DNA from: Gammaproteobacteria bacterium
Lineage (GTDB): Bacteria; Pseudomonadota; Gammaproteobacteria; GCA-001735895
DNA length: 64,000 bases
Direction: 5' to 3'
Assembly: GCA_050298595.1 (NCBI GenBank)
Contig: JBNKUM010000008.1
Span: 32,001 to 96,000, forward strand
How positions within the stretch are numbered: the first letter of the stretch is position 1; each line of letters opens with the position of its first letter. Shown here piece after piece: positions 49,359 to 60,123 of this stretch. The translations under genes were made by a program, and so were the position numbers. Below the pieces are notes generated by a model that ran no database searches, was not told the DNA's origin, and worked only from the letters and a program-made list of their open reading frames with translations.

Positions 49359-50255
49359 ATGATTATTGGTAGATTTGCTCCCACTCCATCTGGTCCACTG
49401 CATCAGGGCTCATTGGTAACAGCAGTGGCAAGTTATTGCGCAGCAAAATCTCAACAGGGTAAATGGCTAGTTCGCGTGGAAGATCTGGATACGCCACGTG
49501 TGATTAAGGGATCTGCAGATAACATACTTTTTACTCTGGAAGCATTTGGTTTTGAATGGGATGGTGAGGTTTTATATCAAAGTCAGCGCTTTCCGGTATA
49601 TCAGGAAATAGTACAGCAATGGACTGATGACAAACTCATTTACGCCTGTAGCTGCAGCCGTAAATCCCTGATGAATGAGAATTTGCGCTATGGCCCTTCA
49701 GGCATAATTTATCCTGGCCGCTGTCGAGATAAAAAACTGGATATCAACAAAAACCTTAGCCTGCGACTGAATTTACAACAGGCTGGAGAGCTATACTTTA
49801 ACGACAACCACTACGGTACTTTTAAACTTAACCTCAGCGAACAGATGGGTGATATCGTGATTAAACGCGCTGATGGGATTTATGCTTATCACCTTGCTGT
49901 GGTAGTAGATGATGCTTTTCAGCGGGTCAACCAGATTGTACGTGGCGCAGATCTGCTGGAAGTGACAACATTGCACCTGCACCTGAATCGGTTACTTAAC
50001 TATCGCAATGCAAGTTATCTACACCTGCCACTTATAAAAACTGTCCATGGAAAAAAATTAAGCAAACAAACTGGTGCCAGGGGTATAGATCCTGCAAAGG
50101 CCGGCGATCATTTAATTGCTGCACTGAGGTTTCTGGGTCAGCCTGTACCGGATGATATAATTAATGAAAGCCCAGAAAATATTCTGGGCTATGCTGTTGA
50201 GGTATGGGATGCATCACTGATCCCACACGATAAAGTAACTACTTTATCTTATTGA
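49359..50255 (+). CDS. gluQ: Glutamyl-Q tRNA(Asp) synthetase
   Basis: GRFAPTPSGPLHQGS, RVEDLD, CSCSR, YHLAVVVDD, KLSKQ; no anticodon-binding domain. Confidence 0.93.
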   Translation: MIIGRFAPTPSGPLHQGSLVTAVASYCAAKSQQGKWLVRVEDLDTPRVIKGSADNILFTLEAFGFEWDGEVLYQSQRFPVYQEIVQQWTDDKLIYACSCSRKSLMNENLRYGPSGIIYPGRCRDKKLDINKNLSLRLNLQQAGELYFNDNHYGTFKLNLSEQMGDIVIKRADGIYAYHLAVVVDDAFQRVNQIVRGADLLEVTTLHLHLNRLLNYRNASYLHLPLIKTVHGKKLSKQTGARGIDPAKAGDHLIAALRFLGQPVPDDIINESPENILGYAVEVWDASLIPHDKVTTLSY

Positions 50256-51531
50256 TATTCAACTCGAGCACACCATTGAATCCCTTGTGTTTCATGGCAG
50301 TGGTTTCGAAATACAAATCTCCAGCCTGTGCAACAGGATTCCCGGAACGCGAGATACGCGCACCAATTACGACATCATCAAAGCTTGATAGCTTCATCTG
50401 AGGCATCATGGCATCCGCATCGCTCAAAGTCAGTTTTACCGGCAAATCGGAAACCTTTAAACGTTTTGCCGCCAATGGCATTGGTGGCCCGGAAGCTGCC
50501 TTTGCATAAATAAAGAGCAGGTCATTTGCCGATACTTTACTGGAAAATTGCGGGTCAAGAGTCACACTGACGGATACCCCCTTACCAGCAACTGCAGCTG
50601 AGTTAACAGGCGCAGTCATTGGTGGTGCAGCAGCCTGAGCAGGAAAATCAAGCTCAGGTAGTTCAGGATGTTTCTGTTTCAGCTCAGTCAACAACGTTTT
50701 CACTTCTGATTTAGATTGTGGATCTCCATCCAGTAATGGCAATAAACTCATCCAGTAATCAAAAGCCTCCCGGTTACGACCACCCTGCTCTGCTGCTAAT
50801 CCAGCCAGCCACAATGCAGTAGGATTCTCTGGCACCAGTTTTAAAGCCAGTTTAACCAGATGTTCAGCTTCACCGGCCATACTGCCATTTTGCGTCATTG
50901 CCAGTCCATCAGCTAATGCCAGCAACACGGCAGGTTCCTCTGGACTCAAGTCGTAACTACGTTGTAGCGCTGCAACTGCTTCGGGATACTGTTGCAGAGA
51001 AAGGTAGGTGCGTCCCAACATAAACCAGCCGCGAGCGTCATCTGGGTTTTCGCGCAAGTGATCTTTAACCTTTTGCACCAGTTCAGCCATGGAAGGAGCT
51101 TTTTTACCACTCTGACCATGTGCTGCGGTCTGAGCATCTGTTTTAGTTCTAGCTTGAGCTAACGAAGGATTCTCTATAACCCTGTATTCACCAAGTTGCC
51201 AATACATATAAACACTTAAAACAGGAATAAGAGCCGCAAAAAACCATATTGCCCATTTACCCGCATTCTGGTTGCTCTGCAATGATTGCTGACGCTCTAA
51301 ATCTATAGCTAAAGAGACTTCAAGATCAGTCATAGCCGCATCAAATTCCTGCTGAGACATTTGATCATTGGCCAGTTGCTGCTGCAGGATTGCTTTTTTA
51401 TCACGCGCAATGACAATGTTTTGCTCATCGCGCCCAAGTGAATCCTGAGTAGAAGGCTGACGCAACACGGGTATGATGACAAATACCAGTGAAACGAGTA
51501 TCAGGATGACGATTAAAGCACCAAAAATCAT
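50239..51531 (-). CDS. ccmI: Cytochrome c biogenesis protein CcmI
   Basis: Two TM segments, TPR region (PDDARGWFMLGR), C-terminal GPPMPLA and LSDADAMMP. Confidence 0.92.
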   Translation of the reverse strand: MIFGALIVILILVSLVFVIIPVLRQPSTQDSLGRDEQNIVIARDKKAILQQQLANDQMSQQEFDAAMTDLEVSLAIDLERQQSLQSNQNAGKWAIWFFAALIPVLSVYMYWQLGEYRVIENPSLAQARTKTDAQTAAHGQSGKKAPSMAELVQKVKDHLRENPDDARGWFMLGRTYLSLQQYPEAVAALQRSYDLSPEEPAVLLALADGLAMTQNGSMAGEAEHLVKLALKLVPENPTALWLAGLAAEQGGRNREAFDYWMSLLPLLDGDPQSKSEVKTLLTELKQKHPELPELDFPAQAAAPPMTAPVNSAAVAGKGVSVSVTLDPQFSSKVSANDLLFIYAKAASGPPMPLAAKRLKVSDLPVKLTLSDADAMMPQMKLSSFDDVVIGARISRSGNPVAQAGDLYFETTAMKHKGFNGVLELNINKIK

Positions 51532-52001
51532 TTGCTTTCCTCTTTGTGATTATCAGTTTTTTCGGAAAGAAGGTTCCTGGCCTGATCTATTGCATCTGCT
51601 TCCGGAGCCTCAATAGGCTCCCTCCTGCTGATACGAAAAATTACAATAATTAATACCAGTAATAGCAATAGGAACGGTCCGCCCCACAGTAGCAACGTAT
51701 TTGATTTTAACGGAGGGTTATACAGTACAAAATCGCCATAACGGTTCACCATATATTCAATAATCTGTTCCTTGGTCTTACCCTGCAACAACATTTCATA
51801 GGTTTGCTTACGCAGGTCCTTAGCCAGATCAGCATCTGAAGCCGCCAGATTCTGATTCTGGCAAACCAGACAACGTAATTCCTCGATCAGGTTTTTGTAG
51901 GTCGCTTCGGTAGCCTGATCTTTGAAGTCTATGGCTTCAATTGCAGCGTGCGCAGGAGACAGGAATAACCACAGAGTGGATAAAACAATTAGTATTTTCA
52001 T
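51528..52001 (-). CDS. ccmH: Cytochrome c biogenesis protein CcmH
   Basis: ELRCLVCQNQ, RYGDFVLYNPP. Confidence 0.95.
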   Translation of the reverse strand: MKILIVLSTLWLFLSPAHAAIEAIDFKDQATEATYKNLIEELRCLVCQNQNLAASDADLAKDLRKQTYEMLLQGKTKEQIIEYMVNRYGDFVLYNPPLKSNTLLLWGGPFLLLLLVLIIVIFRISRREPIEAPEADAIDQARNLLSEKTDNHKEESK

Positions 52002-52003
52002 AA

Positions 52004-52522
52004 TTATAACAGGGCTTTGAGGCGCGGAATAATTTCATCCTGCAGTGATTGAGCGGTAACAGGGCCTATATGTTTATACTTGATCAACCCATCTTTACCG
52101 ATAATGAAGGTTTCTGGTACACCGTACACACCCCAGTCTATGCCTACTCGCCCATCCAGATCGACCACGCTGAAGATATAAGGGTTGCCAAACTGTTGCA
52201 ACCAACGAGTCCCATCGGCAACCTCATCTTTATAATTCAACCCGACTATATCGACCATCTGCATTTTTGCGAGTCTTTTAATAATTTCATGCTCGGCACG
52301 GCAAGAGACACACCAGGATGCCCATACACTCAATACCCATACCTTACCTTCCATATCCTTAGGTGAAAATTTTTCTGCCTGATTCGATAGCTTTGGCAAT
52401 GTGAAGGCAGGAGCTTCCTTATCGATCAATGGTGAAGGGACTCTCTTTGGATCTTGCGTCAGTCCGAACGCTAGCAGAACAACCAGTATTACAAAAATCC
52501 CCAGTGGTAGCAAAAATCGCAT
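52004..52522 (-). CDS. ccmG: Thiol:disulfide interchange protein CcmG/DsbE
   Basis: WASWCVSCRAEH, GVYGVPETF. Confidence 0.95.
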   Translation of the reverse strand: MRFLLPLGIFVILVVLLAFGLTQDPKRVPSPLIDKEAPAFTLPKLSNQAEKFSPKDMEGKVWVLSVWASWCVSCRAEHEIIKRLAKMQMVDIVGLNYKDEVADGTRWLQQFGNPYIFSVVDLDGRVGIDWGVYGVPETFIIGKDGLIKYKHIGPVTAQSLQDEIIPRLKALL

Positions 52523-54492
52523 CAGGCCACACTCCCCATCGCTTTCACTGAAGCTTCTGACTCACGTCTTACCATCATTCTGTAGCGTTTATCTGTTCCA
52601 GCCAGTAACCCACCAAAGGCCATAATTAACCCACCCAGCCAAATCCAGCGAATAAATGGCTTGAAGTAAATCCTGATCGCCCAGCTGCCATCATTGCCCA
52701 CTTCCTCACCCAATGCGACAAACAGATCGCGGGTAAAGCCAGCATCAATGGCTGCTTCAGTCATCGGCATCTGTCTTACCATGTAAATACGTTTCTCAGG
52801 CGTAAGCTGGGCTGAAAACCCGGAACTATCAGTTACGCTAAAATCACCGCGTGCAGCACGATAGTTATCCACATTAACCATCTTCACGCCATTAAACACA
52901 AAGGTATATCCCGCCATTTCGAAACTGTCACCGGGACTCATGCGCAAATCCTTTTCAATTTCATACAGACTGACCAGAGTAATTCCAACGATAAAAACAG
53001 CAATACCAATGTGGCCTAATATCATGCCGTAAAATCCCCGGGGTGTAGAACGTAAACCGGATGCTAATGAGCGCCCCTTAAAACGCTCAGACAGGGCCAG
53101 AACAACGGTTGAAGCAACCCACAGCGCCATCATCAGTCCTGCTAATGCCTGCCATTTCCAGACTGGCAAAAATAAACTCAGGATCATAGCGGCTACTACA
53201 GAAATCAATAGTGGGAGTTTTAGTATGTTCCACAAGCGAGGTAATTCATCGTACTTCCAACGGATAAACATACCAATACCAATCAACACCCCAATGGGAG
53301 CCGTCAGCATCAGGAACACCAGATTAAAGTAAGGAGGACCTACCGAAATCTTGCCACCCATAGCATCAACAAATATGGGATAAACCGTACCCAGCAGAAT
53401 TGCTGCTGCCGCAACACTGAGAAAAATATTGTTCAGTAGCAACACCATATCGCGTGATTGCAGATTGGTGACCGCAGCACTCTTAAGAGTGGGAGCGCGC
53501 CAGGCGTAGAGCGCCAGTGAGGTACCGACAATCACGCCCAGAAATAAAAGTATAAAAATACCCCGCTCAGGATCGCTGGCAAACGCATGTACCGAGGTTA
53601 ATACACCGGAACGAACAAGAAAGGTGCCTAGCAAACTCAATGAAAAAGCAAAAATAGCCAGCAACGCTGTCCAGGCCTTAAAGGTGCCTCGTTTCTCGGT
53701 AATTGCCAGTGAATGCATTAAGGCCGTCCCTACCAACCAGGGCATGAATGAAGCGTTTTCAACTGGATCCCAGAACCACCAGCCGCCCCAGCCCAGTTCA
53801 TAATAGGCCCACCAGCTACCCAGTGCGATACCCAGTGTCAGGAACAGCCAGGCAAAATTTGTCCAGGGACGTGACCAACGCGCCCAGGCGGAATCCACCT
53901 GACCTGAAAGTAAAGCTGCTATCGCAAATGCAAATGCTACTGAAAAGCCGACATACCCCAGATAAAGCATAGGAGGGTGTATCGCCAGACCAGGATCCTG
54001 TAGCAATGGGTTTAAGTCTCGACCCTCCACAGCTGCGGGTAATAAGCGCTCGAACGGATTAGAAGTGATCAGAATAAATAGCGTAAATCCCACACTGACA
54101 ACCCCCATCACACCAATAACACGAGCCAGCATGACCTTGGGAACACTACGGCTAAACGTTGCTACCGCAACCGTCCATACAGAAAGAATTAGAGCCCACA
54201 GCAATAAGGAACCTTCATGCGCTCCCCAGACACCGGAGATTAAATACAAAAAAGGTAGATGGGAGTTAGAGTTAGCAGCTGCATAAAGTACTGAATAATC
54301 ATGGTTGATAAAAACCATGGTAAGACAAATGTAGGAAATCAGCACCAGCAAAAACTGGCCATAAGCAGCAGGTTTTGCAATGGCTATCCAGCGCGAATAA
54401 CCTAATTGAGCACCTGCGATGGGGAACACTGCCTGGATGATAGCAATACAAAGGGCAAGAATCAGTGCAAAATGACCTATCTCTGGAATCAT
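52522..54492 (-). CDS. ccmF: Heme lyase CcmF
   Basis: HEGSLLLW, HPPMLY, WGGWWFWDPVENAS, SVHAFA. Confidence 0.97.
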   Translation of the reverse strand: MIPEIGHFALILALCIAIIQAVFPIAGAQLGYSRWIAIAKPAAYGQFLLVLISYICLTMVFINHDYSVLYAAANSNSHLPFLYLISGVWGAHEGSLLLWALILSVWTVAVATFSRSVPKVMLARVIGVMGVVSVGFTLFILITSNPFERLLPAAVEGRDLNPLLQDPGLAIHPPMLYLGYVGFSVAFAFAIAALLSGQVDSAWARWSRPWTNFAWLFLTLGIALGSWWAYYELGWGGWWFWDPVENASFMPWLVGTALMHSLAITEKRGTFKAWTALLAIFAFSLSLLGTFLVRSGVLTSVHAFASDPERGIFILLFLGVIVGTSLALYAWRAPTLKSAAVTNLQSRDMVLLLNNIFLSVAAAAILLGTVYPIFVDAMGGKISVGPPYFNLVFLMLTAPIGVLIGIGMFIRWKYDELPRLWNILKLPLLISVVAAMILSLFLPVWKWQALAGLMMALWVASTVVLALSERFKGRSLASGLRSTPRGFYGMILGHIGIAVFIVGITLVSLYEIEKDLRMSPGDSFEMAGYTFVFNGVKMVNVDNYRAARGDFSVTDSSGFSAQLTPEKRIYMVRQMPMTEAAIDAGFTRDLFVALGEEVGNDGSWAIRIYFKPFIRWIWLGGLIMAFGGLLAGTDKRYRMMVRRESEASVKAMGSVA

Positions 54493-54516
54493 AGTGATCT
54501 CTCTCGGGGTAAAGGT

Positions 54517-54975
54517 TTAGATGCCTTGTTTTTTCATACCGGGCATGACCTGCCCAGATTTTTTCATTGCTTCCATGACTTCTGGAGGCATATAGTTTTC
54601 ATCGTGTTTTGCAAGCACTTCTGATGCAATAAACTCACCACTATCGTTTAAACGACCATTTGCGATTATGCCCTGACCTTCACGGAACAGGTCTGGCAGG
54701 ATACCGGTGTATTTAACCTTTACTACAGAGTTATTATCTGTGAGATCAAATTCTACGGTTAAGCCTTCACCGGGCCGGGCTACACTGCCATCAACCACCA
54801 ATCCACCAACACGAAAATCTTTGTTAACGGGCGCTTTACCGGCCAGGATATCGGCAGGAGAAAAGAAGAACATAATATTTTCATTCAATGACTTAAGTGC
54901 AAAGCTCACACCAACCGCCACACCGACGATCATCAGTACAATCAGAGTGAGTCTTTTTTTACGAGCTGGGGTCAT
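54517..54975 (-). CDS. ccmE: Heme chaperone CcmE
   Basis: PDLFREGQG, LAKHDENYMP. Confidence 0.97.
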   Translation of the reverse strand: MTPARKKRLTLIVLMIVGVAVGVSFALKSLNENIMFFFSPADILAGKAPVNKDFRVGGLVVDGSVARPGEGLTVEFDLTDNNSVVKVKYTGILPDLFREGQGIIANGRLNDSGEFIASEVLAKHDENYMPPEVMEAMKKSGQVMPGMKKQGI

Positions 54976-55153
54976 GAGTTTTATTTTCCTGTGTTTTATT
55001 TGAACGATACTGACGTTTAAGTTTCTTCAAATTTTGTTTATGTTGCTGACGTGGCAACCACCAGTTAACAACCAGCACCACCAATGTCAACGCATACGAC
55101 GACCATACGAAAGTCGCATAACCCCCCATTCTAAAGAATTCAGACAACATCAT
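54959..55153 (-). CDS. ccmD: Heme exporter protein CcmD
   Basis: FFRMGGYATFVWSSY, one TM segment and a basic tail; between ccmC and ccmE. Confidence 0.9.
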   Translation of the reverse strand: MMLSEFFRMGGYATFVWSSYALTLVVLVVNWWLPRQQHKQNLKKLKRQYRSNKTQENKTHDPSS

Positions 55154-55895
55154 TTTGCACCAGTTCCTCAACCCATCGACTATTTCGCTCACGATGTAGC
55201 AATTCAGCGCGAACCCTCTGAAACAGGGATAGAATAAAATACACTTTGAATGCCAACGCCATGACCAATAAGGGCCATAACATACTCAAGGGCATGGACG
55301 GTTTTTCGAATTTGGTTATGGTTGCTCCCTGATGCAGGCTATTCCACCACTCAACCGAGTAATGAATAATCGGGATATTGACTACACCGACAATAGCCAG
55401 GATAGCAACAGCCCTGCCTGCCACGCGTTTATCATCAATAGCACCGTATAAACCTATCACGCCGAGATACAGGAATAACAGGATCAATTCTGAGGTTAAT
55501 CGTGCATCCCACACCCAGTAAGTGCCCCACATGGGTTTACCCCACAAAGAACCGGTAACCAGTGCCAGGAAGGTAAAGCTAGCCCCTATCGGAGCCGCAC
55601 TCATTAACACCACTTCAGCCAGCTTCATACGCCATACCAGCACCACAATACCGCAGAAAGCCATTACCATATAAATAAACAGTGACATCCATGATGCGGG
55701 CACATGAACAAAGATAATTCTATAGCTTTCACCCTGCTGATAATCTGTCGGAGCGACAACCAGTCCTCCGTACAGGCCTGCTATAACCAGTATTGCAAAT
55801 ATGCCCGTCAACCATGGCATCCACAGCCCGGCAATTCGATAAAAGTGCGGAGGCGACCCGAATAGATGAAACCATTTTACAAACCATTTAAACAT
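55140..55895 (-). CDS. ccmC: Heme exporter protein CcmC
   Basis: IFVHVP, WGKPMWGTYWVWDARLT, WWNSLHQ. Confidence 0.97.
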   Translation of the reverse strand: MFKWFVKWFHLFGSPPHFYRIAGLWMPWLTGIFAILVIAGLYGGLVVAPTDYQQGESYRIIFVHVPASWMSLFIYMVMAFCGIVVLVWRMKLAEVVLMSAAPIGASFTFLALVTGSLWGKPMWGTYWVWDARLTSELILLFLYLGVIGLYGAIDDKRVAGRAVAILAIVGVVNIPIIHYSVEWWNSLHQGATITKFEKPSMPLSMLWPLLVMALAFKVYFILSLFQRVRAELLHRERNSRWVEELVQNDVV

Positions 55896-55910
55896 CAGAC
55901 TTTCTCACTT

Positions 55911-56594
55911 TTAACTCATACTCATTTTTAGCGCTGCTGCGGTCGCAATGGGTGATAGCGAAAGAGACAGAAACAGAAACGCCAGTAACATGGATATCTG
56001 TGCGTTGGCTGACAGACCGCTGGAAGCAACGTCGATCGCACTGGATGCAAAGATTAAAACCGGCACATACAACGGTAAAACCAGTAACGAGAGAATTATA
56101 CCACCCTTACGCAGACCGATGGTAAGCGCAACACCTATCGATCCTATCAAGCTAAGCACAGGTGTACCTATCAAAATAGTTAACATAAGTATACCATAAG
56201 CTGATTCATCTAGTCCGAGCATCATTGCCAGCAGCGGTGCCACCATCAATAACGGCAAGCCTGTCACCAGCCAGTGGGCAGTAACCTTTGCCAATACCAG
56301 AATCGGCACAGGATGAGCACTCAATAGCATTTGCTCCAGTGTGCCATCCTCAAAATCAGATCGGAATATATGATCTAGCGACAGCATAGACGCCAGTAAT
56401 GCGGCCACCCAGATAATGCCTGGAGCAATGCGCGCCAGAAGGTTGGGCTCGGCACCTACCGCTAGAGGAAATAGAGTGATCACCAGTACAAAAAATAACA
56501 AGGGGTTAGCCAGTTCTGATCGGTTGCGAAACGCCAGTAAAAGATCTCTACGTAGCAGATACCAGAAAGCCTGTGACAGGGATAAACGTTTCAT
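55911..56594 (-). CDS. ccmB: Heme exporter permease CcmB
   Basis: DFEDGTLEQ, AHWL, LPLYVPVLIF. Confidence 0.96.
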   Translation of the reverse strand: MKRLSLSQAFWYLLRRDLLLAFRNRSELANPLLFFVLVITLFPLAVGAEPNLLARIAPGIIWVAALLASMLSLDHIFRSDFEDGTLEQMLLSAHPVPILVLAKVTAHWLVTGLPLLMVAPLLAMMLGLDESAYGILMLTILIGTPVLSLIGSIGVALTIGLRKGGIILSLLVLPLYVPVLIFASSAIDVASSGLSANAQISMLLAFLFLSLSLSPIATAAALKMSMS

Positions 56595-57211
56595 AACGAT
56601 AGATTCAGCCTCACCACATCAGAATCTGGCATCTCAATATCATGGTGAGAGGTCATTACAATGGCTCCGCCTTGATCCAGATGTTGTTCAAACATACGCT
56701 GAAATAGCGCCATACTCGCCTTATCCAGTGAGGTAAAAGGCTCGTCCATAATCCACAACAATGCCTCGGTAACAATCAGGCGTGCCATAGCCAGCCGTCG
56801 TTTCTGCCCTGCAGATAAGGTTGCCACATAGTTTTCACCATATCGGTACAGGTTCACCTGCTCCAGAGCGTCATCTAGCTGAATATTACTCGGCTTGCCC
56901 ATCGCCTGAATCAGACGCAGATTCTCCAGACAGGTAAGATCACGTTTAATTCCATCGTGATGCCCAACATAGTTCACCTGCTCATAATACTCTGGTCCAA
57001 TCTCCCGGATGGGATTACCCTGCCATAGCACTTCACCTGATTCAGGTAAACTCAGTCCGGTTAAAATGCGCAACAGACTGGTTTTTCCACTACCATTCTT
57101 ACCTTCGACCAGCAATATCTGGCCAGCATCAAGAGATATATTCAAACCCTCAAACAGGCTACGATCATCTTTTACGCAGCTTAATTCCTGAGTTTGTAAT
57201 AGGATTGACAT
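56591..57211 (-). CDS. ccmA: Heme export ATP-binding protein CcmA
   Basis: GKNGSGKT, LSAGQKRR, WIMDEPF, TSH. Confidence 0.95.
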   Translation of the reverse strand: MSILLQTQELSCVKDDRSLFEGLNISLDAGQILLVEGKNGSGKTSLLRILTGLSLPESGEVLWQGNPIREIGPEYYEQVNYVGHHDGIKRDLTCLENLRLIQAMGKPSNIQLDDALEQVNLYRYGENYVATLSAGQKRRLAMARLIVTEALLWIMDEPFTSLDKASMALFQRMFEQHLDQGGAIVMTSHHDIEMPDSDVVRLNLSL

Positions 57212-57314
57212 GTTTTTTATAATTCTATCTCTTCAAAAAGACTGTGAAGGCTAGCTAAAAATGACCGAATGTGCAATCTGACTTGCAAAAACGATAACAA
57301 ATTATGACCTTAGC

Positions 57315-58283
57315 ATGGATATCAAAAACCCAATGATCGCATCAGGCAATTTTAAGCCCGCATGGTATCTGCGTAACCCACATTTACAAACCATCCTGGC
57401 CAATATCAACAAACCCCCAATCCCCACAGTGAGTTACGAAACCGTACAACTGGATGATGGTGATAGTTTACAGTTAGCTCGCGGTACAGCTAATGGTCCC
57501 AACACCGTTTTGATACTACACGGTTTAGAAGGCTCACTGAATTCAGCTTATGCGCGGCGTTTAGTAGACTATTTAAATAAACGAAACATTCCTGTTGTAT
57601 TTATGTTTTTTCGTAGCTGTAACGGAAAACCTAATCTGAAAACTCGAAGTTATCATTCGGGTGAAACTGGAGACCTGCGCAGTGTTATATCATATTTAAA
57701 GCGACAGGGAAGCAAACGTATTTCGCTTATAGGCTATTCACTGGGCGGGAACGTAACCCTTAAATATATGGGCGAAGGTCAGGTTGATGACAGTATTAGC
57801 TGTGCCACTGGTGTCTCAGTACCTATGCTACTAGATGTATGCGCACGCCGTATGGATCAGGGGTTTTCTAGACTTTATCAGCATACATTACTCAAACGCC
57901 TGTTAAATAAGGTCGAGCAGAAACGTCATCTATTTCAGGATGAAGGTTACAACCTAAGCCGAAAACCAAACAATTTTGTTGAATTTGATGACACCTTTAC
58001 CGCACCACTTCATGGCTTTGACAGTGCACAGGATTACTACCAGAAAAGCAGCTCACGCCAGTTTTTAGGCTCCATAAAAAAGCCTACGCTCATTCTGCAT
58101 GCGCAGGATGACCCTTTCATGACAGCAGAGGTTATTCCCAAATCCAGTGAACTCTCTGAGCATGTCAGGCTGGAAATCTCCCCTCATGGTGGGCATGTCG
58201 GCTTTGTTACCAGGGGTTTACTAAAACCGGAAAACTGGCTGGAACCACGAATCTATGAATGGCTGGAACAACACTTCCTGTAG
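57315..58283 (+). CDS. Alpha/beta-fold hydrolase, YheT family
   Basis: NPHLQT, HGLEGS, YHSGET, GYSLGG, DDPF, GGHVGF. Confidence 0.92.
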   Translation: MDIKNPMIASGNFKPAWYLRNPHLQTILANINKPPIPTVSYETVQLDDGDSLQLARGTANGPNTVLILHGLEGSLNSAYARRLVDYLNKRNIPVVFMFFRSCNGKPNLKTRSYHSGETGDLRSVISYLKRQGSKRISLIGYSLGGNVTLKYMGEGQVDDSISCATGVSVPMLLDVCARRMDQGFSRLYQHTLLKRLLNKVEQKRHLFQDEGYNLSRKPNNFVEFDDTFTAPLHGFDSAQDYYQKSSSRQFLGSIKKPTLILHAQDDPFMTAEVIPKSSELSEHVRLEISPHGGHVGFVTRGLLKPENWLEPRIYEWLEQHFL

Positions 58284-58285
58284 AT

Positions 58286-58315
58286 TAAAAAGCCGGTTAT
58301 ATAAATAACCGGCTT
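58286..58315 (-). terminator. Hairpin terminator between convergent genes
   Basis: AAGCCGGTTAT-ATAA-ATAACCGGCTT with an A run on the left (U tract on the minus strand). Confidence 0.75.
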
Positions 58316-58349
58316 AACTTCGGGAGTTACCCCGTATGCAACTACTGGC

Positions 58350-59291
58350 TTACTGAGAAAGTTTAACCAGATCGTTTTGCTTGAACTTACTACCAGAGAT
58401 GATTGAGGCAACCGAACCATCTTTACCGAAAAATGCAGTAATCTTGAGTTGACCACGAGTCTGCCCTGGTGCACGACCTAATGAAACACCTGTTTGCGGG
58501 TCGATAATTTCTTCACCTAACTCCTGTACCACCAGAATATCACCTATATTCAGCCCTGTACGTTGCCCCGCATTGATATAAACATTTGAGCCCTTGATAG
58601 AAGCGATTCTTCCCGTCCAGCGATCACTAGTCAACTGTTGGGTAATCTTATTCATCGCCTTACCCAGCGCATCACGTAGTGCACCATCCTTAAGTGAGGT
58701 ATCACGTGAACTTTTGGAACCAAAGCCAAGGATTCCACCGCTTTCTTTACGGAATTCACCATTGCCATGCGATGCGAACAACTGCTGTCCTGTCGAAGTA
58801 TCTACGATCCGATAATCCACTCCCACCTTGGCCACCTGCGTTTTGGATTGCGTCAGGAAGGTATTCGAGCCCTCAACCAGTTCGGCATAACTGGTGATCG
58901 AGCCAGTTAGTATTGCATTCAGACCAAGAATCTTACCCATCTGTGCAGCTGTATTGGCACTCACCGCACCAGAAGCACCAAACTTTTGCTGATCTAGAAT
59001 GGCTTTCATATCCTGCTGTGGAATCACAATAAAGCTGCCTGTTTCCTGCAACATAGTGGTCAGAATATTGGTAGCTGCTTTTTCAATATCACGCACTTTA
59101 CGAGGAGTATCATTTTGGAAATTCACTACGCCAACACGTAGCTTTGGCCCTTTGTGCTCCATCCTGGAGGTTTCAACCAGGTTCACTGGCACATTATCAT
59201 CTCTGTGCACGCTTTTGGTTTGCGGGGTACATCCAGCCATAAATACCGCTGCAGCTAGCGTGGGTATCGTTAGAATTTTCGCATATCTCAT
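58350..59291 (-). CDS. CsgG/HfaB-family lipoprotein with FlgT-C-like beta domain
   Basis: Lipobox MAGC; VGVVNF, ILDQQKFGASG, GKILG, ILTGSIT, RIVDTSTG; C-terminal VYINAG...G...GD...IIDPQTG. Confidence 0.8.
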   Translation of the reverse strand: MRYAKILTIPTLAAAVFMAGCTPQTKSVHRDDNVPVNLVETSRMEHKGPKLRVGVVNFQNDTPRKVRDIEKAATNILTTMLQETGSFIVIPQQDMKAILDQQKFGASGAVSANTAAQMGKILGLNAILTGSITSYAELVEGSNTFLTQSKTQVAKVGVDYRIVDTSTGQQLFASHGNGEFRKESGGILGFGSKSSRDTSLKDGALRDALGKAMNKITQQLTSDRWTGRIASIKGSNVYINAGQRTGLNIGDILVVQELGEEIIDPQTGVSLGRAPGQTRGQLKITAFFGKDGSVASIISGSKFKQNDLVKLSQ

Positions 59292-59308
59292 AGTTTAAGC
59301 TCCTGTTT

Positions 59309-60019
59309 TTAGATTCCGGGTCCATTACGAAGGGAAGCAACGGAACGGTTTATCATAGCAAGTGTTTCAGTGTTTAATTCAACGCCAAATGCATTACCCA
59401 CAGCCTTCCGAACCAGTCCGCCTACCAAGCCGTCTAACAGAGTACCTTTTTTCTGTTCAGATTGAACTGTGATCCATTGAATTTGTTCATCGCCACTATC
59501 GGCGATTGCATGGCCTAAGGACATCAGACTACCCAGTTCTCCAGTTGAGAATTCACTCTTGGCACCGAAGTGTGTATACCATAATTCAGTTTGTGTCCCC
59601 ACCTGTATCATACGTAGTTTAGCACTAACCCGATTGGTATTGAGAACACCGGAGATGGTGGTATCAAAGTGTGTAATATCGCCAAACACAAAAGCATCTG
59701 CCTTTATCTGAGCAGCGATGTCCTTGAAATCAACATCCTGTAACTGTTCGCCTAAAGTAATACCTAATCCATCCTCTAACGCCTGATCAACTTCCTGGAG
59801 TGGAATTACCCTGTAAAATTTTGCGGTTAAACGCTGCTCCAGTACTTCACGTACCTTAGCAGGTGCATCCACATTATTGCTCATATTGGTAAAAGGTAAT
59901 ATCGCCACCGTTCGTACCGGATTCGATAAATCGGGTTGTGGAGCGGGTATACACCCGGCCAGTAAACCCATGAGCATTAAAAAGAGTGTGATATTTCCAG
60001 AGATTTTTCTAGTTTCCAT
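59309..60019 (-). CDS. GNA1162/DUF799-like lipoprotein
   Basis: Lipobox LAGC; TVAILPFTNMS, YRVIPLQEVD, ADAFVFGDI. Confidence 0.72.
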   Translation of the reverse strand: METRKISGNITLFLMLMGLLAGCIPAPQPDLSNPVRTVAILPFTNMSNNVDAPAKVREVLEQRLTAKFYRVIPLQEVDQALEDGLGITLGEQLQDVDFKDIAAQIKADAFVFGDITHFDTTISGVLNTNRVSAKLRMIQVGTQTELWYTHFGAKSEFSTGELGSLMSLGHAIADSGDEQIQWITVQSEQKKGTLLDGLVGGLVRKAVGNAFGVELNTETLAMINRSVASLRNGPGI

Positions 60020-60123
60020 ATATGTTAATACCTGTTTATTTATAAAATTAGCGCTACAACTTTCACTCAGATTAGTCTGGTATGAAGAATCAGAATTAAA
60101 CTGATTTATTGCGTTCTATTGTG

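Noticed and set aside
58350-59291. Curli biogenesis operon
   Set aside because: No csgA, csgB, csgE or csgF-like genes nearby, and the protein carries an extra C-terminal domain
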